Shown piece by piece: positions 30,179-40,831 of a DNA stretch of 64,000 nucleotides. Below the pieces are notes generated by a model. It saw only the letters and a program-made list of their open reading frames with translations. It did not search any database and was not told where the DNA came from. The stretch comes from Myxococcota bacterium (GTDB taxonomy: Bacteria > Myxococcota_A > UBA9160 > UBA6930): positions 3,168,001 through 3,232,000 of the forward strand of contig OZ245015.1 of assembly GCA_965223705.1 (NCBI GenBank). The letters are read 5' to 3'. Position 1 is the stretch's first letter. Every line of letters starts with the position of its first letter. Made by a program: the position numbers and the translations under genes.

Positions 30179-31027
30179 CTAGCCCATGAAGCTGTCGAGG
30201 ACTTCCTGGTAGCCGGCCCTGTGCTGCTCGAGGTAGATCCCGTCGAGGGGGGAAGGCTTGGGCTCTCCGGTGGCTTCCTTGAGCTTGGCTGGCGCCCGGT
30301 AGATCAACCCCGACGGCACGTGGCCCTCTTCGTAGAGCTCCATACACCGGTTCAGCGCCGCGACGCGATCGCTCGCGTCGTAAGAGGCGTCCTGATCGAC
30401 GTCGACGAGGGTCGAAGGCCACTCGTGGTAGTTGTCGTTGTAGGTCACGCAGGGCGAAATCACCTCGAGGTAGGCGAAGCCCTGGCCCGCGCGAGCGTGA
30501 TTGATGGCGGCATCGGTCAGATTCGCCAGCTGATCCGGCGCTCCGCTGTAGCCGCGGGCGAGGAACGTCGTCCCGGGAATCGTGAGCCCGATCTTGACCG
30601 GATCCATCATGCTCTGGTTCTGGTAACCGCCACCGAAGCTCGGGGACGGCTGCCCTTTCGTGAGCCCGTAGGTCTCGTTGTTCATCACGATGTACGTAAC
30701 GTTCGCGTTGGTCCGGAACGCGTGCATGAGATGACCGCCGCCGATCGCAAAACCGTCGCCGTCGCCGCCGGCGGCGACCACCGTCAACTCCGGGTTCGCG
30801 AGTTTCGCGCCGATCGCGGAAGGCACGACGCGACCGTGAAGCGCGTGATACCCGTAGCTCGGCAGATGATTCTGGACCGTGCCAGAACACCCGATCCCGG
30901 CGAGCACGAGGGCCTCGTGACGGGGGATCCCCAGACGATCGAACGAAGCGTCGATGGCGGCGTGAACCCCAAAGTGGCCGCAGCCCGCGCACCAAATCGG
31001 CTGCTTCATCGGGAACGTTTCGGTCAT
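30179..31027 (-). CDS. 2-oxoacid:ferredoxin oxidoreductase beta subunit
   Basis: WCAGCG, GIGCSG, LHGR, GGDGD...NNETYGLTKGQ TPP motif, SPCVTY. Confidence 0.92.
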   Translation of the reverse strand: MTETFPMKQPIWCAGCGHFGVHAAIDASFDRLGIPRHEALVLAGIGCSGTVQNHLPSYGYHALHGRVVPSAIGAKLANPELTVVAAGGDGDGFAIGGGHLMHAFRTNANVTYIVMNNETYGLTKGQPSPSFGGGYQNQSMMDPVKIGLTIPGTTFLARGYSGAPDQLANLTDAAINHARAGQGFAYLEVISPCVTYNDNYHEWPSTLVDVDQDASYDASDRVAALNRCMELYEEGHVPSGLIYRAPAKLKEATGEPKPSPLDGIYLEQHRAGYQEVLDSFMG

Positions 31028-32787
31028 GATCGTGACTCCTCGCGGTGAATCTCTTTCGAGAGATCGATCGGGCGCAACGGCGTTCCGTCATAGCGCCGGA
31101 CGGAGTAGAGCTTTTCTTTCGGCGCTCCGGCATGCATCAAGATGCCCGTCAATTGTGCGCTCGCACTCTGGTTGATCACGTAGACGCGGTCTTTGCTCTC
31201 GATGAATTCAAGCGTCTCATCGAGGAGCGGCCAGAGCGTTCGAATGTTGTGAAGCTGCGCGGCGACGCCGACCTTTTCGAGCTCGTCGACCGTGTCGATG
31301 CTCGCGCCGTAACCCGAGCAGACGGCGATGATTCCGACCGAGGCGTTCGGATCGCCGTAGTGCCGCGCCTTCGGGAGATCGGGGGCCGCCGACTTGAGCT
31401 TTCGGGACCGCTTGTCGGACATCTGGATGCGGTTGCTCGGGTCCGTCGAGACCAGACCCCACTCGTTCCGCTCGTTGCCGGTGACCAGCGACTGTCCGCC
31501 GGGTGTGCCGGGTACGGTGTACGGCGACACACCGTCGTCCGTGATCTTGTAGCGCTGATACGATTCGAGCTTCGCGACATCCTCCGCAGAGAGCCGCTTT
31601 CCGACATCGATCTTGACGGCGTCGAGATCGAAGCGCGGAACGGTCGCGGTGTTCTGCGAAACGGCCTGGTCCGTAATGATGAACACGGGCATCTGATACT
31701 TTTGCGCGAGGTTGGTCGCTTCGACCGTGAGCCAAAAGCAATCCTCGGGATCGCCCAGCACCAGCACGATGCGCTCGAAGTCGCCGTTGCCACCGAAGCA
31801 GACCATGTTGAGATCGGCCTGCTCGGGCTTTGTCGGCATGCCCGTGCTCGGGCCCGATCGCTGTGTATCGACCACGACAAGCGGGATCTCGCCGCTCCCC
31901 GACTGGCTGATGCCTTCCTGCATCAACGCGATCCCCGGCCCCGACGAGCCGGTCATCGTCCGGACCCCCGTCAGCGCGGCGCCGAGCGCCATGTTCACCG
32001 AGGCGAGCTCGTCCTCGCCCTGCCAGGCGATCCCGCCGAACCGAGGCAGGTGCCGCTGAAGAAACTCGAGCACGTCGGTCGCGGGCGTGATCGGGTAGCC
32101 GGCCATGAATCGGCCTCCCGCTACCATGAAGCCCATCCCGATCGCCTCGTTTCCCGTCATCAGCAAGCGTTCGCCGATATCGCCGCGCTCGAGTTCGAAG
32201 AAGCCACCGTCACTGGTGAAGCCCATGGAATCTGCCAGCTCGTAGCCCAGGTCGAGCGCCTTCACGTTCTGCTCGACGATGGCATCGCCGAGGCGTTTGA
32301 AGCGGTGGCGGAATTCCGTGCGGACGTCATCGTCGGGAATGCTGAGAATCCGCGTGACCACACCCGTCGAAATCGAGTTCTTGTAGAGGATGCGTCCCAG
32401 TCGACGCACCGCGAGGCGACCGAACGGGGCGGTCACCACCTTGACGTCGTCGGAGATCACGCCTTGGGGCATCGGGCCGTCGGACTCGTCGTAGACGAGG
32501 ACCGAGTCCGAACCGAGCCTGCGAGCGACGGCGCGAAGCCCCTCTTCGTCCATGATGATTGCGAGTTGAAGATGGTCGCGAACCACCAATCGCTCGCGGA
32601 CACACGCACGAAGGCTCGCCGCCGCCTTACCGCCCTTGATGCGGGACAACACGTCGCGTTCCGTGTACACGCCCATTCCGCGATCGCGCAACAAGTCGCC
32701 CAGCATGTTCGTCACGGTCAACGAGCCGTCTCCGCCTTGGCCGGAGACCACCAGATTGACGTCGTCGATGCGAATCGGATCGCTCAC
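31024..32787 (-). CDS. 2-oxoacid:ferredoxin oxidoreductase alpha (gamma-alpha fused) subunit
   Basis: GQGGDG, GNEA, YPITPAT, EDE, SGPG, QRSGPSTGMPT; GTG at 32787, 2 nt after the upstream stop. Confidence 0.92.
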   Translation of the reverse strand: MSDPIRIDDVNLVVSGQGGDGSLTVTNMLGDLLRDRGMGVYTERDVLSRIKGGKAAASLRACVRERLVVRDHLQLAIIMDEEGLRAVARRLGSDSVLVYDESDGPMPQGVISDDVKVVTAPFGRLAVRRLGRILYKNSISTGVVTRILSIPDDDVRTEFRHRFKRLGDAIVEQNVKALDLGYELADSMGFTSDGGFFELERGDIGERLLMTGNEAIGMGFMVAGGRFMAGYPITPATDVLEFLQRHLPRFGGIAWQGEDELASVNMALGAALTGVRTMTGSSGPGIALMQEGISQSGSGEIPLVVVDTQRSGPSTGMPTKPEQADLNMVCFGGNGDFERIVLVLGDPEDCFWLTVEATNLAQKYQMPVFIITDQAVSQNTATVPRFDLDAVKIDVGKRLSAEDVAKLESYQRYKITDDGVSPYTVPGTPGGQSLVTGNERNEWGLVSTDPSNRIQMSDKRSRKLKSAAPDLPKARHYGDPNASVGIIAVCSGYGASIDTVDELEKVGVAAQLHNIRTLWPLLDETLEFIESKDRVYVINQSASAQLTGILMHAGAPKEKLYSVRRYDGTPLRPIDLSKEIHREESRS

Positions 32788-32789
32788 GT

Positions 32790-34031
32790 CTACTTGTCCT
32801 TCCCGCCTGCGACGGCGCCCTGAAAGTTCTTCGGATCGAGATCGCCACTCGCAACGCGCTCTTGCAGGGTCGGCAACTGCGCGGGCAGCGGCTTGTTCGC
32901 CTTCTTCTTGCAAAGACGCCCGAGGAGCTTCTTCGCGCGCTCGGGGACTTCAATCGTCTCGATCGCGCCCGACGCGAGCAGCGACTGCGTGGCCTTGTGG
33001 CCCGCCTCCGTGCGCACGACGACGTAGGTCCAATTGTCGAGACCGATGCCGCCGACGCCGATGTCCGCCTGATCGCACGCATAGTCGGTGCAGTAGAGGC
33101 AAGCGGGCCGGGCGTACCTCTGATAGTCCGAGAGGGACAGGATTTCCTCGCGGCCACCTTTGAAGCGCACGATCACCTTGCCCTTGATGTTGATGTTCTC
33201 GATGTCCGTCAGCGGAACTCCGTAGTCTTCCGCGATCGAGGTGACGGACTCGAGCGTAAACGCCTCGGAGCAGAACAACCCGACGACAAGGGAGATGTTC
33301 TTCCGATACCACTTGTTCACTTCGAGACGAATCGAACTGTGTTGCTGCTGGCGTACCCCATTCACCTGGCAGGGCACCCCGACGACGGCGATGGGCTTGA
33401 TGTCGTTCTCCATGGCTTCTTTCAGCGCCATGGTGTTGGGTGAGTACGTGTAGCGGGAGCCGGCGCAATCCATCACTTGCTCGGCGTTGCGCGCCAGACG
33501 CTGGTAACCGAGTTGCGGATTGTCCTCGTACGTGTCGCCGAGTACCGCGCCCTCGATTTTTCCCTCGTTCAGCAAGTGGATCAGCAATTCGCTGGTGAAA
33601 CCACCGTCCTGAGTGGCCTTGACCATTCCGTCCTGCTTGCTTCGAGCCAAGAACTCGTAGCTGTAGGGACCGAAACCGTCGTCTTGTTGGGGTTTCCGCA
33701 AACCGATGACGTCGTTCGCGTCCGGATCCGGAGGCCGCAGCGAAGGACAGACGTCCGCGCACAGCACACACCGGACGCACGCCCCTTCGCGCGTGTCGAC
33801 CGGGCGCTCGTCGACGTAATCGAAAACGTCTGTCGGGCAAATCGTCACGCAGGCCGCGCACCCTACGCACTTTCCTGTCTCGACGATCTCCTCCATCAGG
33901 AAATCGACGGCGCGGAAGCCACCGCGGTTGAGCTCGGACCGCCAGGCGTAAGCCCAGTCGCCCGGGTCCTCTCCGCTATCTACAAGTGAGCGATACCGGG
34001 CCTTGATCTCGTCAGGTCGATCGGAATCCAT
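32790..34031 (-). CDS. FrhB/FpoF-family (F420-interacting beta subunit) flavoprotein with N-terminal 2x[4Fe-4S] ferredoxin domain
   Basis: [49 protein letters not shown]...ADIGVG. Confidence 0.85.
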   Translation of the reverse strand: MDSDRPDEIKARYRSLVDSGEDPGDWAYAWRSELNRGGFRAVDFLMEEIVETGKCVGCAACVTICPTDVFDYVDERPVDTREGACVRCVLCADVCPSLRPPDPDANDVIGLRKPQQDDGFGPYSYEFLARSKQDGMVKATQDGGFTSELLIHLLNEGKIEGAVLGDTYEDNPQLGYQRLARNAEQVMDCAGSRYTYSPNTMALKEAMENDIKPIAVVGVPCQVNGVRQQQHSSIRLEVNKWYRKNISLVVGLFCSEAFTLESVTSIAEDYGVPLTDIENINIKGKVIVRFKGGREEILSLSDYQRYARPACLYCTDYACDQADIGVGGIGLDNWTYVVVRTEAGHKATQSLLASGAIETIEVPERAKKLLGRLCKKKANKPLPAQLPTLQERVASGDLDPKNFQGAVAGGKDK

Positions 34032-34217
34032 TCGGTTTTCATTCCCTGCGTGAAAATCGGGCTCTGGCCGCCCCTAAGCCTCGGAGCGGGCGTTCGCCGC
34101 GTCTGGAAACGGACGGAGCCCGGGCGGCGTAGTGTAACGGAGATTGATGCCCTCGGGGCCACCCCGGGGAAGCGGCTCCGAAAGTACCCTCGGGTAAGCT
34201 GGGGGTCGGGAGGCTTT

Positions 34218-35585
34218 GTGAGCGAAGCAGCATACGACCTATTCGTGATCGGTGCGGGATCGGGCGGAGTCCGAGCGAGTCGAATGTGCGCGGGCCTCGG
34301 CGCACGCGTCGCCGTCGCCGAGGAGCGCTACCTCGGGGGCACCTGCGTCAACGTCGGTTGTATCCCCAAGAAGCTCCTCGTCTATGCCTCCCACTTCCGA
34401 GAAGAGCGCGAACAGGCCATCCGGGGCTACGGGTGGAGTGTCGGCGAGGCGACAGCGGACTGGGCCACGCTCATCGCGAACAAAGACCGCGAGATCGCGC
34501 GCCTCAACGGAATCTATGGGGATCTCCTGGACGCCGCCGGCGTGACGCGGATCGAGGGCACGGCGCGGGTGCGGGGCCCACACGAGGTCGAGGTCGGCGA
34601 TCGGGTGATCCGGGCCGAACACATCCTCATCGCGAGCGGCGGCTGGCCCTCGGTCCCGGACATCCCGGGCATCGAGCACGCCATCACTTCCAATGAAGCC
34701 TTCCACCTCGAAAAGCTCCCCCGGCGCTCCGTGGTGGTCGGGGGCGGTTACATCGCCGTCGAGTTCGCCGGCATCCTCCACGGACTTGGCTCGGAGGTCA
34801 CCCAGCTCTACCGGGGCCCGCTGTTCCTGCGCGGCTTCGACGACGAAGTTCGTTCTCACCTCGCCGACGAGCTCCGAAAGCAGCGGCTCGATCTGCGGTT
34901 TGAGACCAACGTCGAGGCGATCCTGAAGCGCGAAGACGGTCTGCGCCTCGAGTTGACGGACGGCACGCACTTGGACACCGACGTGGTGCTCTTCGCTACC
35001 GGCCGGCATCCGAAGACGGCCGGGCTCGGCCTCGCGGAGGTCGGCGTCGAGACCGACGCGAGCGGTGCGATCCAGGTCGACGCGTACTCTCGGACGAACG
35101 TGCCCTCGATCTGGGCGATCGGGGACGTCACCAACCGCCTCAACCTGACGCCCGTCGCCATCCACGAGGGCATGTGCCTCGCGAAGACGTTGTTCGGCGG
35201 TGAGCCCACCGCGCCGGATCATCGCGACGTCGCCACGGCCGTCTTCAGCCAGCCTCCGATCGGAACCGTGGGTCTGACGGAGCAAGAGGCGGCCGCGCGG
35301 TTCCCGCGGCTCGACGTGTACACCTCGACGTTCCGGGCCCTAAAAGACACGCTGACGGGGAGCGACGCGAAGAGTCTCATGAAGCTGTTGGTCGATCCGG
35401 AAAGCGACCGGGTGGTCGGGCTTCACGTGGTCGGACCCGACGCGGGGGAAATGGTCCAAGGCTTTGCCGTCGCCGTGAAGTGTGGCGCCACAAAGGCGCA
35501 GTTCGACGCGACGATCGGAATTCATCCCACCGCTGCGGAAGAGCTCGTCACCATGCGCGAGCCCAGCCGACGCATCGGCGGGTAG
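34218..35585 (+). CDS. gor: glutathione-disulfide reductase
   Basis: [55 protein letters not shown]. Confidence 0.93.
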   Translation: MSEAAYDLFVIGAGSGGVRASRMCAGLGARVAVAEERYLGGTCVNVGCIPKKLLVYASHFREEREQAIRGYGWSVGEATADWATLIANKDREIARLNGIYGDLLDAAGVTRIEGTARVRGPHEVEVGDRVIRAEHILIASGGWPSVPDIPGIEHAITSNEAFHLEKLPRRSVVVGGGYIAVEFAGILHGLGSEVTQLYRGPLFLRGFDDEVRSHLADELRKQRLDLRFETNVEAILKREDGLRLELTDGTHLDTDVVLFATGRHPKTAGLGLAEVGVETDASGAIQVDAYSRTNVPSIWAIGDVTNRLNLTPVAIHEGMCLAKTLFGGEPTAPDHRDVATAVFSQPPIGTVGLTEQEAAARFPRLDVYTSTFRALKDTLTGSDAKSLMKLLVDPESDRVVGLHVVGPDAGEMVQGFAVAVKCGATKAQFDATIGIHPTAAEELVTMREPSRRIGG

Positions 35586-35608
35586 CCAGAGCTTGCTATC
35601 CTCGGGCG

Positions 35609-36136
35609 ATGCGATTCCTTCGAACACTCGTCGCGTTGTTCGCCGCCGGGGCGGCCCAAGCCGCGGAAGTGCCCGAAGTCGGCACTAAAGCTCCCGCTTT
35701 CTCGCTGATGGGCTCGGACGGAAAGACCTATCGCCTGGCCGACTACGTGGGTCAGCGAGAAATCGTGCTCGCCTGGTTCCCGAAAGCGTTCACCCCTGGC
35801 TGAACCCGAGAGCTCACGGCGCTGCGTGACAGTGCCGACGACCTCGCCGCCTACGAAGCCGTCGTGTTCATGGTGAGCCTCGACTCGGCGGAAAAGAACG
35901 CCGAGTTCGCGAAATCGCTCGAAGCGCGTCACGTCCTGCTCTCGGATCCCGAGAAGAAGGCCGCGAAGGCCTATGGGGTGCTCGCACTGGGGGGCCTGTA
36001 CGCAAAGCGCTGGACGTACTACATCGATCGGGACGGCGTGGTTCAGGCGGTCGACAAAGACGTTTCGGTCGAGACCGCAGGGCAAGACATCGCCGCGAAA
36101 CTCGAGTCGCTGGGTTTTCAAAAACGGGAGAACTAA
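35609..36136 (+). CDS. exported peroxiredoxin (BCP/PrxQ-like) selenoprotein, Sec at codon 65
   Basis: FPKAFTPG-TGA(35801-35803)-TRELTALRD continues in frame through VSLDS, LLSDP and KRWTYYID; signal peptide ending AQA. Confidence 0.88.
35814..35829 (+). promoter_or_regulatory. putative bacterial SECIS of the peroxiredoxin gene
   Basis: UCACG-GCGCUG-CGUGA, stem starts at +11, loop G at +16; only a 5-bp stem. Confidence 0.5.
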
Positions 36137-36762
36137 CCCCGTCCGATCAGCTGTTCCATTCGATGGGCATCGAATCCGCGCACCACTTCGCCGTCGATGA
36201 CGACGACGGGCACCGAAGTCCCGCCGCTGTGGCTGACGAGTTCTTTGCGATAGGCCTCGCTCGCCTCCACGTCCCGGTTCTCGTAGGCGATGCCCCGCTC
36301 ATCGAGCCACTCCACCGTCTTGCGGCACCAGCCGCACCACGGGGTCGTGTACACCGTAACGCTCGCACGAGCCGGTGCCGCAGCCGTCGCCGCAAAGGGG
36401 CGTGCCTTGGCCGCGGTCCGCGCCGCTTTGGGTCGAGGCGGTGCTTTCTCGACCTCGAGCCGGCCCACCTGATCGCGAAACTTCGCCGGCACCTCGTGCA
36501 TCGACTTCACGAAATGGACGCTTCCTCGGTCGTCCGTATATTGGAAGTACTCGGTTTTCCCAGGGCTCGATGTTGCCGAGGCGCTCTCGCCACCTTGAGA
36601 AGTGTCGTCTAGGACGCGCCCTGCGAACCCCTTGATCGCGTCGAGGGCGCCCTCGCCTTCGCCGGATGACGATTCGAGATTGAGAACGTTGCATGCGCTG
36701 AGCGCGAACGCGCAGGCACCGATTGCGATCGCACGGGTTAGACGAAAAGTGGCGAGCTGCAT
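36133..36762 (-). CDS. glutaredoxin-domain lipoprotein with a DUF4124-like middle domain
   Basis: lipobox LSAC; YQYTDDRGSVHF-like segment; YTTPWCGWC, SVPVVVIDG; GGAGG RBS. Confidence 0.82.
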   Translation of the reverse strand: MQLATFRLTRAIAIGACAFALSACNVLNLESSSGEGEGALDAIKGFAGRVLDDTSQGGESASATSSPGKTEYFQYTDDRGSVHFVKSMHEVPAKFRDQVGRLEVEKAPPRPKAARTAAKARPFAATAAAPARASVTVYTTPWCGWCRKTVEWLDERGIAYENRDVEASEAYRKELVSHSGGTSVPVVVIDGEVVRGFDAHRMEQLIGRG

Positions 36763-36996
36763 ACGGCACCTCCGAATCGGCCGGACATCCGCGGTATCGG
36801 CGATTTTGGCGGTGCGCTGGAGCGAGGGTGAAACGTCAACGCAGCGGGCGCGCAGGCGATCGGCAGCGCTAGTTCGTTTCGGCGCACCAGGCATCTGCGG
36901 TGGCGGAAAACGCGACGTCGTCGACCGATTCAGCGTGTCCCAAAACACCCCCGTCGCGCCATACGGCAGGTTACAATCTTCGCAGGAGGTTCCCCG

Positions 36997-37557
36997 GTGG
37001 CAAGACTCAGCACGCTCCCGCTCGACCAGCTCGGCGACGATCTGCGAAGTGTGATGCGAGAATACGACGTGGAGCTCGGCGGCTCGGGCTTCGTCCGGGT
37101 ACTCGCGCACGCTCCGGAGACGTTCCGGGCGTTTATCGATTATTACTTTCCGCTCGTGTCGGAAACTCGCGGCCGCGTCGACATGCGCCTCACGGAGCTC
37201 GCGCGGATCAAGGTGGCCGAACACAACGATTGCGATTTGTGACTGGGCGCCCGGTTTGCCTTGGCAAGGCAACAAGGTCTGACGGAAGCGATGATCGCCG
37301 AGCTACCCCGCTACCGAGACAGCGACGCGTTCACGCCCGCCGAAAAGGCGGCGATCGCACTGGCGGATACGCTCGCGGGCGATCACAAGGCCGCGTCCGA
37401 AGAGCTATTCGAGGAACTTCGAGAACACTACACCGAATCGGAAATCGTCGACCTCTCCTTCCGTATCACGGCGTTTATCGGCTACGGAAGAATGATTCGC
37501 GCCCTGGACCTCGAGATCGGCGAGACCTGTCCGATTCCGCCCGCTTCGAACGAATGA
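36997..37557 (+). CDS. AhpD/carboxymuconolactone decarboxylase-like selenoprotein (CxxU, Sec at codon 82)
   Basis: ELARIKVAEHNDCDL-TGA(37240-37242)-LGARF continues in frame to FTPAEKAAIALAD and YTESEIVDL; AGGAGG RBS. Confidence 0.88.
37254..37273 (+). promoter_or_regulatory. putative bacterial SECIS of the AhpD-like gene
   Basis: G-(U bulge)-UUGCCUU-GGC-AAGGCAA-C; perfect 7-bp stem, loop G at +21. Confidence 0.65.
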
Positions 37558-37567
37558 GGAGATCATC

Positions 37568-38854
37568 GTGACCGCTTCTTTTGACCGCCTGGAAATCCAC
37601 AGTCCACAACGTTTGCTCGAATCGGGCTATCCGTGGCAGGACTTCGATCTCCTGCGCCGCGAAGCGCCCGTGTACTGGTACGAACACCCGGACGTCGAGC
37701 CGTTCTGGGCGATCACGAAGCACGAGGACGTGCAAACGATCTCCCGTCGTTCGGACATCTTCATCAATGGCGGTCCGAGGTTGCGGCTCACGCTGAAGGG
37801 ACAGACAGAGCCACTGCGCGGCGGGATCGATGAGTTCGGAAAGAAGCGCGGTTGGGATCCGGACGAGCCGCCGGACTTCGTGTTCATGGACGATCCGCGC
37901 CACAAGAAGTTCCGTTCCCTCGCGAGCCGCTCGTTTACCCCAGGCCGCCTGCGGTGTTCAGCGGAGCACTTCGCCAGCTTGGCCGAGGCGTTCACGGCGC
38001 GGTTCGCTGACCGGCTCAGCGCGGGCCCGTGTGATTTCGTCCCCGAACTCGCCACGAAGCTTCCGGTCGCCGCCATCTGCGAGATGATGGAGATGCCGGA
38101 AGACGTGTGGGAGAAACTGCTGGTCTGGACGAACGCCATCGTCGGCGACGTCGAGGAAATCGCGTTGCCCGGAGAGAGCAAAGAAGAAACGATGGCTCGC
38201 GCGATGAACGAGTTTCGCGCGTTCCTCGAGGGGTTCATTGCCGAGCGCAAAGCCAAGGACTCCCATCGGCCGGATTCTCTCGTCGACAACATCGTCGGTG
38301 GAAAGGTCGACGGAAAGGGACTCACCGATCAGCAGCTGATCGGCTACCTCCTACTCATAATCGGCGCCGGCAACGAAACGACTCGCAACGCCACGAGCGG
38401 TGGCGTCATCGCGCTCCTCGAGAATCCGGAACAGCGCGACCGCTTCTGCGCAGATCCTTCGCTCCTCGACACGACCATCGAAGAAATCCTCCGCTGGACG
38501 TCGCCGGTCTATCAGTTTCTGCGGACCGCCACCGAAGATTACGAACTCCGGGGTCAGAAAATCCGGGCGGGAGACACGGTGTGTGTCTTCTACGGTTCGG
38601 CGAACCGCGACGAAGACGTTTTCGACGACCCGTACCGCTTTGACGTCGGTCGCAGCCCCAACCCCCACCTCGCCTTCGGCGGCTACGGAGCACATTTCTG
38701 CCTCGGGGCGAACCTGGCGCGGGCGGAACTGCGTGCGGCGTTGACGGCACTGCGCCCGATCCTGCCGAAGATGGAGCTCGCCGGGCGACCGATACGCAAC
38801 CCGGACCTTCATGTGCCGGGCTACGTCTCGGTGCCGGTCCGCGCGGCCGCCTAG
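37568..38854 (+). CDS. cytochrome P450
   Basis: AGNETT, EEILRW (ExxR), [11 protein letters not shown] haem motif. Confidence 0.95.
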   Translation: MTASFDRLEIHSPQRLLESGYPWQDFDLLRREAPVYWYEHPDVEPFWAITKHEDVQTISRRSDIFINGGPRLRLTLKGQTEPLRGGIDEFGKKRGWDPDEPPDFVFMDDPRHKKFRSLASRSFTPGRLRCSAEHFASLAEAFTARFADRLSAGPCDFVPELATKLPVAAICEMMEMPEDVWEKLLVWTNAIVGDVEEIALPGESKEETMARAMNEFRAFLEGFIAERKAKDSHRPDSLVDNIVGGKVDGKGLTDQQLIGYLLLIIGAGNETTRNATSGGVIALLENPEQRDRFCADPSLLDTTIEEILRWTSPVYQFLRTATEDYELRGQKIRAGDTVCVFYGSANRDEDVFDDPYRFDVGRSPNPHLAFGGYGAHFCLGANLARAELRAALTALRPILPKMELAGRPIRNPDLHVPGYVSVPVRAAA

Positions 38855-40533
38855 AACAAACCCTCGATCTGTCCTTTGGCGTCGAGCCCGATGTGGTTCG
38901 CGGCCGGCTCTCGGGGGAGACCGGGCATCGTCATGATGTCGCCGCAAATCGCGACGATGAACTCGGCGCCAGCCGCCAAGCGGACTTCGCGGACCGGAAC
39001 GGCGTGATGGCTGGGCGCACCGAGCAGTTTGGGATCCGTTGAGAAGCTGTACTGCGTTTTCGCCATGCACACCGGGAAGTGGCCGAAGCCGTCTCGCTCG
39101 AGCCGGCGCAGCTCGTCGCGCACCTTCTTGTCCCCGATCGCTTCGTCCGCTCCGTAGACGCGCGTCGCAACGGTGTTGATCTTTTCCCAGAGCGGGAGCT
39201 CATCGTCGTAAAGCGGGGCGAACTGACTCCCGGACCGCTCGGTCAACGCGACGACTTCGCGCGCGAGCTCCTCGGCGCCGGCCCCGCCGTCGGCCCAGTG
39301 CGTGCAGGGCACCGCCCGAGCACCGGCTTCGGCGACGGCGTCCTCGAGGACGCGCCGCTCTTCCTCGGTATCTCCTGAGAACCCATTCACCGCGACCAGG
39401 ACGGGGACCCCGAACGACTTCACGTTGCGGATGTGACGAACGAGGTTCGCGGTGCCCTTGCGCACCGCTTCGGCGTCGGGTCGCGTCAGCTCCCCGAGTG
39501 CTATGCCGCCATGCATTTTCAGGGCGCGGATCGTCGCAACGATTACCGCGAGTTCCGGTTTCAGTCCTGCCTTCCGGCACTTGATATTGAAAAACTTCTC
39601 CGCACCGAGGTCCGCGCCGAACCCGGCCTCGGTCACGACATAGTCAGCCAGCTTGAGCCCCGCCTTCGTCGCGATCACCGAGCTGCAACCGTGAGCGATA
39701 TTCGCGAAGGGACCGCCGTGGATGATGGCGGGATTTCCCTCGAGGGTCTGGACGAGGTTCGGCATGAGCGCATCGCGCAGCAGGGTGGTCATCGCCCCCG
39801 CGGCTTCCAGCTGCTCCGCCGTGACGGGCTCGCGTTTGCGGGTTCTTGCGACGACGATATTGCCGAGTCGTCGGCGGAGATCTGCGAGGTTCTCGGCCAG
39901 ACACAGAATCGCCATCACTTCCGATGCGACGGTGATGTCGAAACCATCTTCCCGGGGATAACCGTTGCCAAGCCCGCCGAGCGCGACGTTCACCTGGCGT
40001 AGCGCGCGGTCGTTCATGTCGAGCACGCGCCGCCACGAAACGCGTCGCAAGTCGATCCCTTGAGCGTTGCCCCAATTGATGTGATTGTCGATCAACGCGG
40101 CCAACAGGTTGTGCGCCGCCGTAATCGCGTGGAGGTCTCCGGTGAAGTGGAGATTGATGTCCTCCATGGGGACGACCTGGGCGTAGCCCCCTCCCGCCGC
40201 ACCGCCTTTCATGCCGAAACACGGACCGAGGCTCGGCTCCCGCAGCGCCGTGAGCGCGCGCGCGCCGATTCGGTTCAGGCCGTCGCACAGCCCGACGGAG
40301 GTCGTCGTCTTACCCTCGCCGGCCGGCGTCGGTGTCATTCCTGTGACGAGAATGAGCTTCCCGTCGGGTCGGCCTTCCTGCTCCTCGAGAAAGTCGAAGC
40401 CGATCTTGGCCTTCGTGTGTCCGTAGGGAATGAGCGCTTCAACGGGAATTCCCAACCCGTCGCCGATCTCCTGGATGGGCCGCAGCGTGGCATCGCGCGC
40501 GATCTCGATGTCCGGCGGAACTTGGTCCGGCAC
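38851..40533 (-). CDS. fhs: formate--tetrahydrofolate ligase
   Basis: [49 protein letters not shown]. Confidence 0.96.
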   Translation of the reverse strand: MPDQVPPDIEIARDATLRPIQEIGDGLGIPVEALIPYGHTKAKIGFDFLEEQEGRPDGKLILVTGMTPTPAGEGKTTTSVGLCDGLNRIGARALTALREPSLGPCFGMKGGAAGGGYAQVVPMEDINLHFTGDLHAITAAHNLLAALIDNHINWGNAQGIDLRRVSWRRVLDMNDRALRQVNVALGGLGNGYPREDGFDITVASEVMAILCLAENLADLRRRLGNIVVARTRKREPVTAEQLEAAGAMTTLLRDALMPNLVQTLEGNPAIIHGGPFANIAHGCSSVIATKAGLKLADYVVTEAGFGADLGAEKFFNIKCRKAGLKPELAVIVATIRALKMHGGIALGELTRPDAEAVRKGTANLVRHIRNVKSFGVPVLVAVNGFSGDTEEERRVLEDAVAEAGARAVPCTHWADGGAGAEELAREVVALTERSGSQFAPLYDDELPLWEKINTVATRVYGADEAIGDKKVRDELRRLERDGFGHFPVCMAKTQYSFSTDPKLLGAPSHHAVPVREVRLAAGAEFIVAICGDIMTMPGLPREPAANHIGLDAKGQIEGLF

Positions 40534-40571
40534 AGAGCCTCCTCAACTTGCCCCCCGGATACGATAGCTCC

Positions 40572-40814
40572 GCGGTGATCCGAAGAACGGGCTCTCCTGA
40601 CGCGATGTCCCGGCGATCACTGCACAGACGGCGGGCAGGTACTGATCGCTCTTTAGGCGAGCTCACCTGTGAGCGTGCGAGACTGCGCGCACGAGCTTGG
40701 CTCGTTTCTTGCTGCTTGGAATCACCGGGCGCGGCGCCCGTGGATTCCGAATGCGTGAGCGGCCTCACTCCCCTCCCCTCGAGCGTGGTTCGCCCCTGGA
40801 TTTCCACGGGCGCC
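40572..40814 (+). ncRNA. candidate structured non-coding RNA or repeat element
   Basis: several stems in a 300-bp gap with no convincing ORF, including a perfect 12-bp inverted repeat (40733-40744/40803-40814); TACGAT -10-like hexamer at 40560-40565. Confidence 0.3.
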
Positions 40815-40831
40815 ATCTCTTTGGGTAGGGG

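Noticed and set aside
31045..32823. Long antisense or alternative-frame ORFs (e.g. 31045-32823, 40844-42556, 4304-6733, 50105-51796, 20629-22098)
   Set aside because: Shadow ORFs expected in GC-rich DNA opposite or overlapping well-supported genes; no recognisable motifs.
22541..36762. Sec in the DUF3179, glutaredoxin or FrhB-like genes
   Set aside because: Their redox motifs (CTLC, CGWC, Fe-S Cys) are encoded by Cys codons in uninterrupted ORFs.
40733..40814. tRNA, including tRNA-Sec, in the 82-nt inverted-repeat element
   Set aside because: No convincing T-loop, D-loop or anticodon arm on either strand.
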